Positions 37,501-47,313 are shown, counted from the first letter of the stretch. The stretch is DNA of 64,000 bases from Nostoc sp. DedSLP01 (GCA_034530875.2 JAVRCJ020000011.1:128001-192000); one strand, 5' to 3'. Program-made: numbers and translations. The notes: generated from the letters alone by a model not told the origin.

Positions 37501-38616
37501 CAATTTTCTGGTAACTCCATCACCAGCTTGAGTGTCAACGGCGAACACAAACTCGGAAGGGATACCACAATAACAGGTCGTTACTCAATTTTGGGTGGTG
37601 CCAATGAACTGACTACACAAGGGGCAATTGGTCTAAATAACCGTTGGACTATTGCTCGTGGATTGCGGTTGAATTTAGCTTACGAACACGTATTTGGTAA
37701 CTTCTTCGGACGCACAGCAGCAGGTCAACAATATCCCCAACCTTACGCCTTCGGTCAAGCTGCATCATCAATTGGCTTTGATGGTGGCGATAGTTACAGT
37801 GTTGGTTTGGAATACAGCGATAACCCGGAATTTCAAGCCAGCGCCCGCTACGAACATCGCTCCTCTTCTGGTGGTACTAATACAGTAATTACCGCAGGTG
37901 CAGTGGGTAAAATTTCTCCATCGCTCACGGCTCTAGTACGTTATCAACAAGCAAACTCTTCCAATCAAAGACTTTCAGGATTGGCAGATACCGCTAATTT
38001 GAAAGTGGGTTTAGCTTACCGCGACCCCCACAGTGATAAATTTAATGCTTTGTTGCGTTATGAATATCGCCAAAATCCAGCGATTATTCCTGAGACTATT
38101 TTGTTAGGTAGCGGTACGGGTTCCCAAGACCATACTTTTGCTTTAGAAGCTATTTACGCCCCTAACTGGCAATGGGAATTCTACGGTAAGTATGCTTTGC
38201 GTAACAGTACTTCTTATTTGGCTAACGATTTAGTAGGTACGAGTACGGTGAATTTAGGACAATTACGGGCTACTTATCGTTTGGGATATAGCTGGGATTT
38301 AGTTGGTGAGGCTCGTTGGATTGGTCAATCTAGTTACAGTGAGACAGGCTTTGTTCTAGAAACAGGTTACTACCTGACTCCTAATTTGCGGCTTTCTGCT
38401 GGATATGTCTTCGGTAAAGTTGATGACAGGGATTTTTCCGGGACGCGATCGGCAGGAGGCCCATACTTGGGACTAACTGTCAAGCTAGATGACTTGTTTG
38501 ATGGTTTTGGACAGCAAAAACCGGTGCCACGTCAGCAACAGAAGCCAAATACAACAGAGGCGCAGATGAAAACAGAGACGCATCAAGCTGCGTCTCTAGA
38601 TGGGGCAAATTTGTAG
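34510..38616 (+). CDS. Large outer-membrane beta-barrel protein with N-terminal low-complexity linker and Ig/invasin-like domains
   Basis: Signal peptide ending VKA; PADGRSTATIQGQLLDASG (Big_1-like); about 800 aa of alternating amphipathic beta-strands; ATGA overlap with the upstream gene. Confidence 0.75.
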   Translation: MKPRLHCATIFNLRSMGLMPIALSLVLYPAIVKAEVSHEKLLLQAEKGVEDRAVENKVVEKTMGVNSGVGDAGDRKFVQISKGAKIKRRIQQRVNSYRLLGSSRQEVKPVELRPFSLASASVSSISDVQAIQPFQPASSVELPKGLRKIAGIEDKKDQSPKEIQPFQPASSVGLPKGLRKIANGDVVTTGQGEAKAEGQGDKETTGQEEAKAEGQGDKGTTGQGEAKAEGQGDKETTGQGEAKAQGQGLNENMPVSSPPGISTGIKILTPTADSVVDVQATTVIVQFPAGTQVELRVNGVLVDASLVGRTESDASTNLVTQTWYGVSLQEGQNTISANVVGGKEPPVTVQVAVRGAPQQLTLETVESRIPADGRSTATIQGQLLDASGNRSNYDAVVTLIPTAGDFVEKDFQPDEPGFQVQAKGGQFRATLRSQLKAETVTIRAITNNLEAYTQLQFETALRPSLLTGVIDLRLGARGTNYYGSFRDFIPPDKDNRTQLDFHSAIFATGTIGEWLFTGAYNSSRNLNEDCNCDNRLFRTYQFSEQNYPVYGDSSKVDAVAPSIDSVFLRFERSTGIAGSAPDFAMWGDYNTEEFARRSQQFTSITRQLHGFKANYNLGNLQITGFYGNNLEGFQRDTIAPDGTSGYYFLSRRLLQPGSENVFIELEELNRPGTVLERKQLNRGPDYEIDYDRGTLLFREPILRTDIDENGQVLVRRIVVSYQYESEDSDSNIFAGRLQYNLSRELNRESWIGATYVQENQGARDFQLYGADALIALGDKGKLIAEYAHSSNDSDVLGRVRGDAYRLEAEGQITNGIQGRAYYRFADTGFANNATISFVPGQTRYGAQVIAKLSSTTTARVQYDHEDNFGIAPQPLDTFEELFAPRNDAIPGSKVDNSLTTISAGIQQRLGSAIFDLDWIHRDRQDRISPNALSGNSDQLRSRFTVPIAKNLTFQAQNELSLSSQKDSVYPDRTIFGLNWAAIPGINISLAQQFYSSGQFSGNSITSLSVNGEHKLGRDTTITGRYSILGGANELTTQGAIGLNNRWTIARGLRLNLAYEHVFGNFFGRTAAGQQYPQPYAFGQAASSIGFDGGDSYSVGLEYSDNPEFQASARYEHRSSSGGTNTVITAGAVGKISPSLTALVRYQQANSSNQRLSGLADTANLKVGLAYRDPHSDKFNALLRYEYRQNPAIIPETILLGSGTGSQDHTFALEAIYAPNWQWEFYGKYALRNSTSYLANDLVGTSTVNLGQLRATYRLGYSWDLVGEARWIGQSSYSETGFVLETGYYLTPNLRLSAGYVFGKVDDRDFSGTRSAGGPYLGLTVKLDDLFDGFGQQKPVPRQQQKPNTTEAQMKTETHQAASLDGANL
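34899..35253 (+). repeat. Intragenic repeats: 2x about 60 bp (96-bp period) and about 3.8x 48 bp
   Basis: IQPFQPASSVxLPKGLRKIA twice; TTGQGEAKAEGQGDKE about four times. Confidence 0.9.
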
Positions 38617-38624
38617 TTGTAATT

Positions 38625-39212
38625 ATGACTAAACCCAAATTTCAGGGCAAATACCGAGTAGGATCTACTAGGTTGCCAACTCGTAATTACGCCGCTAATG
38701 GGTGGTATTTCATCACAATTTGCACAAGCGATCGCACTCATTTCTTAGGAAGTGTAATTACAGGAAATGTACAATTATCAAAAATTGGAGAAATAGCCCA
38801 ACAATTCTGGGCAGAAATTCCAAATCATTTTGCCTACACCTATACAGATGCTTATGTCGTCATGCCCAATCACGTACATGGGATTATTGCGATCGACCGT
38901 CCCCAAAATGTAGAGACGTTGCATTGCAACGTCTCTACACAACGTGATACCCCATGCAACATTGCACAAGAACAATTCATGTCTGACATATCTCCTAAAG
39001 CGGGTTCATTGGGAGCGATAGTGCGTTCGTACAAATCTGCTGTGACCCGTTGGTGTGGGAAAAACGGTTTTGAAAACTTTGCTTGGCAAGAGCGATTTTA
39101 CGAACACATCATTCGTGCTGATGGTTCTTTAGATCGAATTCGAGAATATATCATTAATAATCCTACTAAATGGGAGAATGACAAAAACAATCCTATAAAT
39201 TTATGGATGTGA
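38625..39212 (+). mobile_element. REP-associated tyrosine transposase (RAYT, Y1 HUH, IS200-like)
   Basis: YFITICT, VVMPNHVHGII (HUH), IVRSYKS, WQERFYEHIIR and YIINNP motifs; adjacent GTAG-type palindromes. Confidence 0.9.
38909..38939. repeat. REP palindrome inside the RAYT gene
   Basis: TGTAGAGACGTTGCA-T-TGCAACGTCTCTACA. Confidence 0.9.
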
Positions 39213-39230
39213 TGTTTATACCCCTAATTA

Positions 39231-39259
39231 TAGAGACGTTGCATTGCAACGTCTCTACA
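39231..39259. repeat. REP palindrome downstream of the RAYT gene
   Basis: TAGAGACGTTGCA-T-TGCAACGTCTCTACA, identical core to the intragenic copy. Confidence 0.9.
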
Positions 39260-39266
39260 AATCGTG

Positions 39267-40631
39267 TTAGACAGACAAGGGTTGTCTGGTTTCAACTGGT
39301 TCGCCAGTCAAGCTAAAAGCGCGAACTTCGGTAATTTTTACCTTTACTAATTGCCCTTTCAATTCTTTGATGTCGCCAGTAAAGAAGGTTAAACGATTAC
39401 CGCCTGTGCGTCCCATGACTTGAGTTTTATCTTTCGGGTTTTGGTCTTCGACTAGAACTTCTTCAATACGTCCGAAGTAACGTTGCGATCGCTCGCTTGC
39501 TTTGATGGCTACTAGATGGTTCAATCTTTGTAGGCGATCGCTTTTAACTTCTTCACTCAGTTGATTGTCCCACAAAGCGGCTGGCGTTCCTGGGCGTGGC
39601 GAATATGCGGCTGTATTCAACATATCAAAGCCGATATCTTCCACGAGTTTTAAGGTATTTTCAAACTGTTGTTCTGTTTCCCCAGGAAATCCCACAATTG
39701 CATCGGCACTAATTGACGCATCTGGCATATATTGCCGAATGGTATCGATGATTCGGCGATATTTTTCATGAGTATAACCCCGCGACATCGCCTTTAAAAC
39801 TTCATTATCCCCAGACTGAAAGGGAATGTGGAAGTGTTCGCAAACTTTGGGCAATTCAGCACAAGCCCGAATTAGTCTTTCAGTAAAATAGCGTGGATGG
39901 CTTGTAGCAAATCTTATTCTCTCAATTCCTGGCACATCATGGACGTAATATAGTAAATCTGTGAAGTTGTGCAGATGTCGTCCTTCTGGCGTGCTTCCTG
40001 GCAAATCTCTGCCGTAAGCGTCAATATTTTGTCCGAGTAAGGTAATTTCCTTGTAACCTTGTCGTCCTAATTCGGCCATTTCTTTCCGAATAGCTTCTGG
40101 CGTGCGAGATTGTTCGATACCGCGGACGTTAGGGACTACACAGTAAGTGCAGCGTTCGTTACAGCCGTAAATCACATTCACCCAAGCAGTGACTTTACTA
40201 TCTCGTCGCGGCTGGGTGATATCTTCGATAATGTGAACCGGCTCAGTTGCCACAACTTGGTTACCTTCAAACACTGATTCCAATAAATCTTTGAGGCGGT
40301 TGGCGTGTTGCGGCCCCATTACCAAGTCTAATTCTGGCACCCGCCGCAACAGCGCTTCGCCTTCTTGTTGGGCAACGCAACCAGCAACAATCAAAGTTAA
40401 ATCGGGCTGTTCGTGCTTGCGCTTTGCCTGCCTGCCAAGGTAGGAGTATACTTTTTGCTCGGCATTATCTCGAATTGTGCAGGTATTGTAGAGAATCACA
40501 TCTGCATTGTTTGGATCTTCCGACCACTCAAAGCCCATGTCTTCCAAAACGCCAGCCATGCGTTCTGAGTCAGCTTTATTCATCTGACAACCGAAAGTAG
40601 TGATGTGATAGTGGCGTTTAGAACTGGTCAT
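39267..40631 (-). CDS. miaB: tRNA-2-methylthio-N6-dimethylallyladenosine synthase
   Basis: [27 protein letters not shown] radical-SAM motif and TRAM domain. Confidence 0.97.
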   Translation of the reverse strand: MTSSKRHYHITTFGCQMNKADSERMAGVLEDMGFEWSEDPNNADVILYNTCTIRDNAEQKVYSYLGRQAKRKHEQPDLTLIVAGCVAQQEGEALLRRVPELDLVMGPQHANRLKDLLESVFEGNQVVATEPVHIIEDITQPRRDSKVTAWVNVIYGCNERCTYCVVPNVRGIEQSRTPEAIRKEMAELGRQGYKEITLLGQNIDAYGRDLPGSTPEGRHLHNFTDLLYYVHDVPGIERIRFATSHPRYFTERLIRACAELPKVCEHFHIPFQSGDNEVLKAMSRGYTHEKYRRIIDTIRQYMPDASISADAIVGFPGETEQQFENTLKLVEDIGFDMLNTAAYSPRPGTPAALWDNQLSEEVKSDRLQRLNHLVAIKASERSQRYFGRIEEVLVEDQNPKDKTQVMGRTGGNRLTFFTGDIKELKGQLVKVKITEVRAFSLTGEPVETRQPLSV

Positions 40632-40822
40632 GGGAAATTATGCTTAATGAGCTTAGTGTATATAAACTTTATTTCTATTTTATAACGCTCTTAACCAAGG
40701 TTAGGTAAGTCTGCCTCTACTTACTAAAGGAGGTGTAATCTATATAATGTTTGAGAATATAGTAAAGCAGCGATCGCAATTATTTGCGCTAGCGTATAAA
40801 TATAGACAAATTAGTATGCAGT

Positions 40823-41770
40823 ATGCCTAAAATTACTGTTTGTATTCCTACTTATAATCGTATTTCTCTGCTGCCTTATGCGATCGACAGCGTACTTAAC
40901 CAATCAGAGCAAGACTTTGAACTAATTGTTTGTGATGATGGTTCTACCGATGGTACGCCTGAGTTAATGTCAAACTACACAGACCAACGAATTAGATACA
41001 TTCGTCATCCGCAAAATATTGGTAAAAGTAATAATATGCGCTCTGGATTTGATGCTGCCAGAGGTGAATATTTTATTAAATTTGATGATGACGACCGATT
41101 AACACCTGATTTTCTTGCGAGTACGGCAGCTATTCTTGACCAAGACTCGAGTATTGATTTTGTTGGTACAGACCATTGGATAATTGATATTAACAATATC
41201 AGGGATGAGGCAAAAACTCAGGAAAATTCTGAAGACTGGGGGAGAAATAATTTAACCGCAGGTATTGTAGATAATTTGTTAGAAGTTGTATTTATCAATC
41301 AAAGCTTTCAAATTGGTTCGACATTATTTCGCTATCAAACATTGCAAGAATTAGGATTTCTATTGCCAAATCTGCAAAATTGCGAGGATAATGATTTATT
41401 TGTACGGCTGGCTTTGGCTGGAAAAAAGGGTTATTATTTACCAGAATTACTGATGGAATATCGATACCATGTAGAACAGCAAGGTATTGATAGAGCTATT
41501 CCTTATTTATTTGATAAAATTCAGTATTTAGAAAGTTATAAGTTTGAATCTGAGAAACTAGAAAAAGTTAGGCAGGAGCGTTTGATGGAAACGCAATTAT
41601 TATTAGGTTTGCGCTTAATTGAAAAAGGGGAAACGCAAAAAGGCAGAGAACTAGTTTTGGCAGGACAATCTTTTTCGACTCCTAAAGCTTGGACTGGTTT
41701 AGCATTATCGCTGTTACCAGTTGGGTTGCGAGGTAAGGCGTTTGATGCAGTGCGACAGATGCGGGGTTAA
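40823..41770 (+). CDS. Glycosyltransferase family 2
   Basis: IPTYNR, DDGSTDGT, FDDDD and CED motifs. Confidence 0.92.
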   Translation: MPKITVCIPTYNRISLLPYAIDSVLNQSEQDFELIVCDDGSTDGTPELMSNYTDQRIRYIRHPQNIGKSNNMRSGFDAARGEYFIKFDDDDRLTPDFLASTAAILDQDSSIDFVGTDHWIIDINNIRDEAKTQENSEDWGRNNLTAGIVDNLLEVVFINQSFQIGSTLFRYQTLQELGFLLPNLQNCEDNDLFVRLALAGKKGYYLPELLMEYRYHVEQQGIDRAIPYLFDKIQYLESYKFESEKLEKVRQERLMETQLLLGLRLIEKGETQKGRELVLAGQSFSTPKAWTGLALSLLPVGLRGKAFDAVRQMRG

Positions 41771-41855
41771 GCTGGCTTTAGCTGCGTATTCGGTTAATAA
41801 TGTCTCACGTGGAGACCCAGGATGCAAAGCACATTGCGTTAATCTATTTTTGTAA

Positions 41856-42584
41856 TTATTTCTCTGACCATCGATCTACTATTTCAAGCATTTTTTCACT
41901 ACTTATAGCTTTAATCATCTTTTTTCCATGCGGTATTTTAACCCTTTCTACCACATCATTTAATGATTTAAATTGTTTTTTCATACGTTCAGCCTCTACT
42001 ATTTCTGCTATCTGAGAAGCTTTCTTTTGACTAAAACCAGCATTTTGTAATTTAGAAATAATTTTAGTTAGATTAAGCGTTTTAAAAACTTCTATTGGTT
42101 CAGTTTTATCGAGTATCTGCTTTTTAAGCTCTTTGACTTCATTTTCTAATTTTGCATTAGCAGTTGCTTGTTCTAATATTTGCTTAGTTATCTTTTCAAA
42201 ACGTGATTCCAAATTGGTTAAAAACTGTCCCATATCTTTAAAATTAAAAGATGTTAGCTCTGAAGAATCAGTTTTTTGCTGTCTAAATATTTCAATCTGC
42301 TTTATTAAAGTCTCTTCATTTTCAGACTCGATGATAAATACTCCAATCATTTCCCCCTTACGAGGATCTATCTCTCTAGCTCTAGCAGCAGCATAATACT
42401 CAAAGTCTCCATCGACTACTTCGTATGATTGGAGACTTGTTCGGCGAACTATTATGGGATTAATAATGCCCTCAGAGTCTAAAATTAATCGAGCAGCTTG
42501 TTCTAGTTCATCTTCAGCAAAAATTGAACGAAATTTGCTTGAAGTAATTTTCTTGACAGCAACAAGAGATGCAGCTAATTTCAT
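41856..42584 (-). CDS. ParB/Srx-like N-terminal domain, coiled coil and HhH-like C-terminus
   Basis: GIINPIIVRR..YEVVDGDFEYYAA; C-terminal ..ERMKKQFKSLNDV; ATGA-coupled to the upstream ParA. Confidence 0.65.
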   Translation of the reverse strand: MKLAASLVAVKKITSSKFRSIFAEDELEQAARLILDSEGIINPIIVRRTSLQSYEVVDGDFEYYAAARAREIDPRKGEMIGVFIIESENEETLIKQIEIFRQQKTDSSELTSFNFKDMGQFLTNLESRFEKITKQILEQATANAKLENEVKELKKQILDKTEPIEVFKTLNLTKIISKLQNAGFSQKKASQIAEIVEAERMKKQFKSLNDVVERVKIPHGKKMIKAISSEKMLEIVDRWSEK

Positions 42585-43948
42585 TGAGTCATACCTATCT
42601 TTTGTAAAACTTCTATTGCTAATAATTCAAATTCATGTGCCGAATTTGAATCTGGTTTAAAATCTAGTACTGAAATTGGATCGACTATCTCAAGATCTCC
42701 AACAATCTGAATTCTCTCCGCGCATTTTGCCAAATCTTCTCTTTCATAAATTACAGTATCCATCACGTTGATATCATATCGAGTATAAATATTTTGTAAA
42801 CGATTTTTTAAAGTTGATTGCACAAATTTTGCATTTGTTGAGATTTTACAAGCTAAGACTCCTATTATTTCAATTGGTGGCTTTCTGATTTGTTTTCTAA
42901 ATCCATTAATAGCTTTTATAAATTCTTTAACATTAGTTAATCCTTGGTTAGCGAACGGTTTGAGATCGGATGGAATGATCAGAAAATCTGTAGCTATCAA
43001 AGCAATTTTTGCATATAGATTTAAAGAAGGTGGCGTGTCAATTAGCACGATATCATACTGGTTTTTGACTTCTTCAAGTTTTTCAATCAGTATTAGCCTG
43101 CTATAGTCAAGTGCATTCAGTTCTGTTTCTTGTCTTATTAAATCAATATGTGCAGGTACTACATAAATTTCTGGATTACTAAAATTAGATTTTCTGGCCA
43201 CCTCTGCAATAGAGTAAAAGTCTTCTGATTGCAATACATGAAAAATATTAGAATCTTTGATATCGTCAAACTCTTCGTCATCAAATTTGATCAAACCAGT
43301 AGCAAATGTAGTGTTTGCTTGACTATCTAAATCTATAACTAAAACTCTTTTGCCCTTTTTTCTAATAGCAGCGGCTAGATTAACTACAGTAGTTGTCTTG
43401 CCTACACCGCCTTTATTATGGTAAACTGCAATTGTTTTCATTGGATTTTGCCTCTTTGTTTCAAAATTGAATTTTTGTTTGGTTATCTCTACATGTGGCT
43501 TATTTATTAACTGGCTTTTTTTCAAATTATCTCTACCAATTAAATCTTTAATTTCATCTAATTTACTCTCAACTTCTTTGCCAGAACATTGGAATACTAG
43601 TTGAACATCATATTGCAATTTTTGATAAATTCTGATTTCTTTGCCATTAGTCAGCAAACCATACCTGACATTCAAACTTGTTAAATAATGCCTGAGTCGA
43701 GGGATATGATTATTTAAGTTTTGTTTGGGATGCTTTGCCTCCATAACGACACTCAGCGGGGAGTTGGCGTCTAAGACAAAGGGAATCACTTGTGCGGCAA
43801 ATGCTAAGAAATCTAAGCGAATGCTACCAACGGCAACTTCTTGATGCCAGGTGTCAGGAGTATAACCTAGCTGTGGTAGCAAATATTGCACTATGAGTTT
43901 GCTTTCAACTTCGCTTTCGTTACGGCACAGCTCGGGATTAAAGGGCAA
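42581..43948 (-). CDS. HsdR_N-like PD-(D/E)xK nuclease domain fused to a ParA/Soj ATPase
   Basis: N-terminus ESEVESK..LGY..QEV..LD..MEAK..YGLLTNG; C-terminus NKGGVGKTTT, IDLDSQAN and IDTPPS. Confidence 0.8.
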   Translation of the reverse strand: MPFNPELCRNESEVESKLIVQYLLPQLGYTPDTWHQEVAVGSIRLDFLAFAAQVIPFVLDANSPLSVVMEAKHPKQNLNNHIPRLRHYLTSLNVRYGLLTNGKEIRIYQKLQYDVQLVFQCSGKEVESKLDEIKDLIGRDNLKKSQLINKPHVEITKQKFNFETKRQNPMKTIAVYHNKGGVGKTTTVVNLAAAIRKKGKRVLVIDLDSQANTTFATGLIKFDDEEFDDIKDSNIFHVLQSEDFYSIAEVARKSNFSNPEIYVVPAHIDLIRQETELNALDYSRLILIEKLEEVKNQYDIVLIDTPPSLNLYAKIALIATDFLIIPSDLKPFANQGLTNVKEFIKAINGFRKQIRKPPIEIIGVLACKISTNAKFVQSTLKNRLQNIYTRYDINVMDTVIYEREDLAKCAERIQIVGDLEIVDPISVLDFKPDSNSAHEFELLAIEVLQKIGMTQ

Positions 43949-44210
43949 TATTTTTCTACCTCTAAAGAAATTAGAATCATGGATAAAACTTGATATTTGC
44001 TAGTTTATTTTATGGTTATTATTATCCTCAGTGATGAAAATCACCTACATCAATATAAATTTTCACTACAAAGTAGTATATTCACTGTTAAAATAAGTCT
44101 GCTTAAAGGCTAGCTATATTCAAAATTCACAACTTAAGCCTGTATTTTCCCATTGCCGCTGTAAATGGCTAAAATCAAATTGTCTACTTAGCGTATTTGC
44201 TCTGAAGGTT

Positions 44211-44582
44211 TTGACTACTATATCTTGTCCTCGTTGCCATCAATTGATTGATAGTCAAGCTATTAGTTGTCCTTACTGTCGGATAACACTTAAAGCTTAC
44301 GGACATCCCGGTATTCCATTGCACCGTGCGACTGGGGACGGGTATCTGTGTGACACCTGCACCTATCACGTTGATGATACTTGCAATTTTCCCCAGCGTC
44401 CCCACGCTAAAGACTGCACGCTTTACCAAAATATTGAACAGACAAAGTTAGATTTAGAACAGCAGCGATACTCTAAGAGTTTTGGGGTAAGTGTAAAAAC
44501 TTGGCTAAAACGGAATCAGGCTTTGCTACTACTATTGGCTTTATTGTTATTTTGTTTGCTATTCGTTATATCAACTTCTTGA
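44211..44582 (+). CDS. Cys-rich (zinc-ribbon) membrane-anchored hypothetical protein
   Basis: CPRC, CPYC and CDTC..C..C motifs; C-terminal TM segment. Confidence 0.7.
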   Translation: MTTISCPRCHQLIDSQAISCPYCRITLKAYGHPGIPLHRATGDGYLCDTCTYHVDDTCNFPQRPHAKDCTLYQNIEQTKLDLEQQRYSKSFGVSVKTWLKRNQALLLLLALLLFCLLFVISTS

Positions 44583-44700
44583 ATTTGTGTTTTTTGGTGA
44601 ATGGGGACTGGGGACTGGGGACTGGGAAAGAATTACTTTAATCCTAATTGCTAATATCTAATTTTTAGTTTCTAATTCCTAATCCTCAATCCCCAATCCC

Positions 44701-46641
44701 TCACACTGTGCTGATTTTTTGGGCTTCAGGCTCAACCTGTATTGCTGGTGTTTCTTCTTCAAATACGGCTAAGTCAAACCAAAAAGTTGTACCAACGCCA
44801 ACTTCGCTGACCAAATGGACTTTACTACGGTGTCTGTCCATGATGTTTCTGACTATAGATAAACCTAAACCTGTACCTTCTAGAGTGTGAACTCGGTTTT
44901 CTACGCGGAAAAAGCGTTCAAAAATTGAATGTTGATCTTCTGTGGCGATGCCAATTCCAGTATCAGAAATTTCAATTCGCACTGGTGGAGATTGGCTGTG
45001 ATTAGGCTTAGAATCTAGTTGGTAAGCGCGGATTGCTACTTTACCGCCAGCTTTTGTAAATTTGAGGGCGTTACCAATCAGATTTCCAAATACTTGCACT
45101 AACAAATCATAATTACCCAGTACCAAAGGCAAATTAGGAGCAACTTCTTGAATCAGTTCGACACATTTATCCTTAGCATTGAGTTGGTAAGTACGCAATG
45201 TTTGCTCGATCGCTTGGGTAACATCCACTCCATCAAAGCTATAGTTGCGACCAGATTCGAGTTTTGACAAATCTAAAACATCGTTAACTAAGCGAGTCAG
45301 GCGATCGGTTTCATGGTTCACTGTTTGCAGAAACTCTTGCCGTTCTTTTACCCCCAAGTCTTCGCCGTAGTCGTGCAGCGTTTCAATATAGGTTTTGATG
45401 TTAAATAAGGGCGTTCGCAGTTCGTGAGAAACGTTGCTGATAAATTGGCTTTTGGCTTCGTTTAATTCCACCTCGCGGGTGATATCTTGGATGGTAATGG
45501 CAATGCCTTTGATGCTTTCTCGTTGCAGGTTGAGTACTGTAGTTAACAGAATGCGGATTGTTCTGTGGATGGGTTGGTTGAGAAAAATCCGAAATTCGGC
45601 GCTTTCGCATTCGCCGGCGGCCATTTCGTACAAAGGATGAGTGATTTGCATTTGCACTGCTGGGGGTAAGTGATGCAGCACATTGCGCCCTACTACTTCA
45701 GAGGCTTCCCAACCAAAAATTCGCTGGGCTATGGGGTTGACTAAAATCACCTGCATGTTGTTATCTATCAACACAGCGCCATCAGCGATGGTAGAAACTA
45801 AGGTTTCTAGCTTGGCTTTTTCCGCGGTGAGTTCTTCGATATTTTGTTCTTCATAGCGCTCTAATCGCTCTGCCATTTCATTAAAGCTGAAAATTAACTC
45901 CCCCAGTTCGCCGCCTAAAGGTAAATCAATGCGCTGCTTGAAATTCCCCGCAGCAATTTGTTTTACCCCCACCAGCAATTCTTTAATTGGCTTGGTGATA
46001 GTCAAAGCGTTAATTACTCCTGCCAAAATCACCATTACCCAAATTGTGATAAATACTGCAATGGTGACATCGCGGGTAAAATTGGTGGAGATGACAGCAG
46101 TGGGATTGGGATTGATACCGATCGCCAATACACCCAGGTATTTTTTATCGACGATTAAGGGAATAAATACATCCGTGACTGTACCAGATGGGGTTGTATG
46201 CTGTCGCACCATCGGCTTATCCCCTTCACCAGGATAATCCTCTGGCAGTTGTATCCGCCGTTCAATGGTAAGGGAGTTTTCCACCTCCGGTTCCCAAAAA
46301 GGAATGCCAAAAAAGATTTTCCCAGTTTCATCGGCATACAGCATATAACGCACGCTAGAGGTACTGCTGTAGAAGCGTTGCGAAAATTGGGCAACCTCAG
46401 TCAGATTATTATCAGCCACTAGTGGGGCAACGTTGGCAGCAAGCAGCAGTCCCAAATCGCGCCCGAAACGGGTGTCATTCGTCCGTGCATCCTGTTGAAT
46501 GGTGTTTACAGCCCAGAAGGTCAAACCACTCATTACCAAGGAGACTACCATTGTCGCCACAGCCAACAGTTTGGTCTGGAGGGTGAACTCAGACCACCAA
46601 CTAGCGATCGCATCTCGAATTGTTTTTAACAGAGCTAGCAT
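44701..46641 (-). CDS. nblS: Sensor histidine kinase Hik33/NblS (TM-HAMP-PAS-HisKA-HATPase)
   Basis: WWSEFTLQTKLLA, NDTRFGRDLGLLLA, SHELRTPLFNIK and RVENRVHTLEGTGLGL motifs; next to purD. Confidence 0.9.
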   Translation of the reverse strand: MLALLKTIRDAIASWWSEFTLQTKLLAVATMVVSLVMSGLTFWAVNTIQQDARTNDTRFGRDLGLLLAANVAPLVADNNLTEVAQFSQRFYSSTSSVRYMLYADETGKIFFGIPFWEPEVENSLTIERRIQLPEDYPGEGDKPMVRQHTTPSGTVTDVFIPLIVDKKYLGVLAIGINPNPTAVISTNFTRDVTIAVFITIWVMVILAGVINALTITKPIKELLVGVKQIAAGNFKQRIDLPLGGELGELIFSFNEMAERLERYEEQNIEELTAEKAKLETLVSTIADGAVLIDNNMQVILVNPIAQRIFGWEASEVVGRNVLHHLPPAVQMQITHPLYEMAAGECESAEFRIFLNQPIHRTIRILLTTVLNLQRESIKGIAITIQDITREVELNEAKSQFISNVSHELRTPLFNIKTYIETLHDYGEDLGVKERQEFLQTVNHETDRLTRLVNDVLDLSKLESGRNYSFDGVDVTQAIEQTLRTYQLNAKDKCVELIQEVAPNLPLVLGNYDLLVQVFGNLIGNALKFTKAGGKVAIRAYQLDSKPNHSQSPPVRIEISDTGIGIATEDQHSIFERFFRVENRVHTLEGTGLGLSIVRNIMDRHRSKVHLVSEVGVGTTFWFDLAVFEEETPAIQVEPEAQKISTV

Positions 46642-46887
46642 CTTAAATAAAGTTGTTAGTAGTCCTTGTTATAAACCCCAACAACTTAAAAATTAACAGT
46701 TAATTTGACAAATATGTTAGCGATTGGGTATTGGGCATTGGGCATTAGTATAATTTCATCTCTCCTGGCTCTTGAGTCATGGCGTTTATCGGATGCCGGA
46801 GTCATAATCTTGAGCTACTGGAAAACTGACTCTATATTACCTCCCACAACAAGTTCCGCAGCATCGTATTGTCAGAGGAAGCGATCG

Positions 46888-47232
46888 CTAGGATGCTACT
46901 GCAAAATCTGTGTGCTGACGCATCTTCGGCTCATGGAATGCCAACACGATATCTTCTTTCGGAACGCCTGCACGAACTAGGTCATTTGCGATACCGTTTT
47001 CAGTCCAATCTTCCTCAATCCAGAATTTGCCATCTCGAATCCGGACGTAAACGGTCATACCAGTAATGCGTTCGCCATTTTGCCAACCAAGGTTCATCCA
47101 AATATTGTGACCCTTTGGCTCATCGATAATTAAGAATCTTTCGATGTCTCGGTTAGAACTACGATTAGATAGTTCCACGTACTCGTAGAGGATACGCTTA
47201 ATTATTTTAGGGTACTCAGTTAATTTATCCAT
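46888..47232 (-). CDS. xisI: XisI-family protein
   Basis: MDKLTEY, GW...R, DGKFWIEEDWTE.GIA..LV.AGVPKEDIVLAFH motifs. Confidence 0.88.
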   Translation of the reverse strand: MDKLTEYPKIIKRILYEYVELSNRSSNRDIERFLIIDEPKGHNIWMNLGWQNGERITGMTVYVRIRDGKFWIEEDWTENGIANDLVRAGVPKEDIVLAFHEPKMRQHTDFAVAS

Positions 47233-47313
47233 TGTTCATAGCTTAAGTATAAGTCAGGCTGGCTGACTAATAAAAATTAGGGCTAGCCTTAAAACTTATG
47301 GGGTTTGCTTCTC

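Noticed and set aside
34510..38616. TonB-dependent receptor annotation
   Set aside because: No recognisable TonB box or plug motifs and no C-terminal Phe; Ig domains and operon context point elsewhere.
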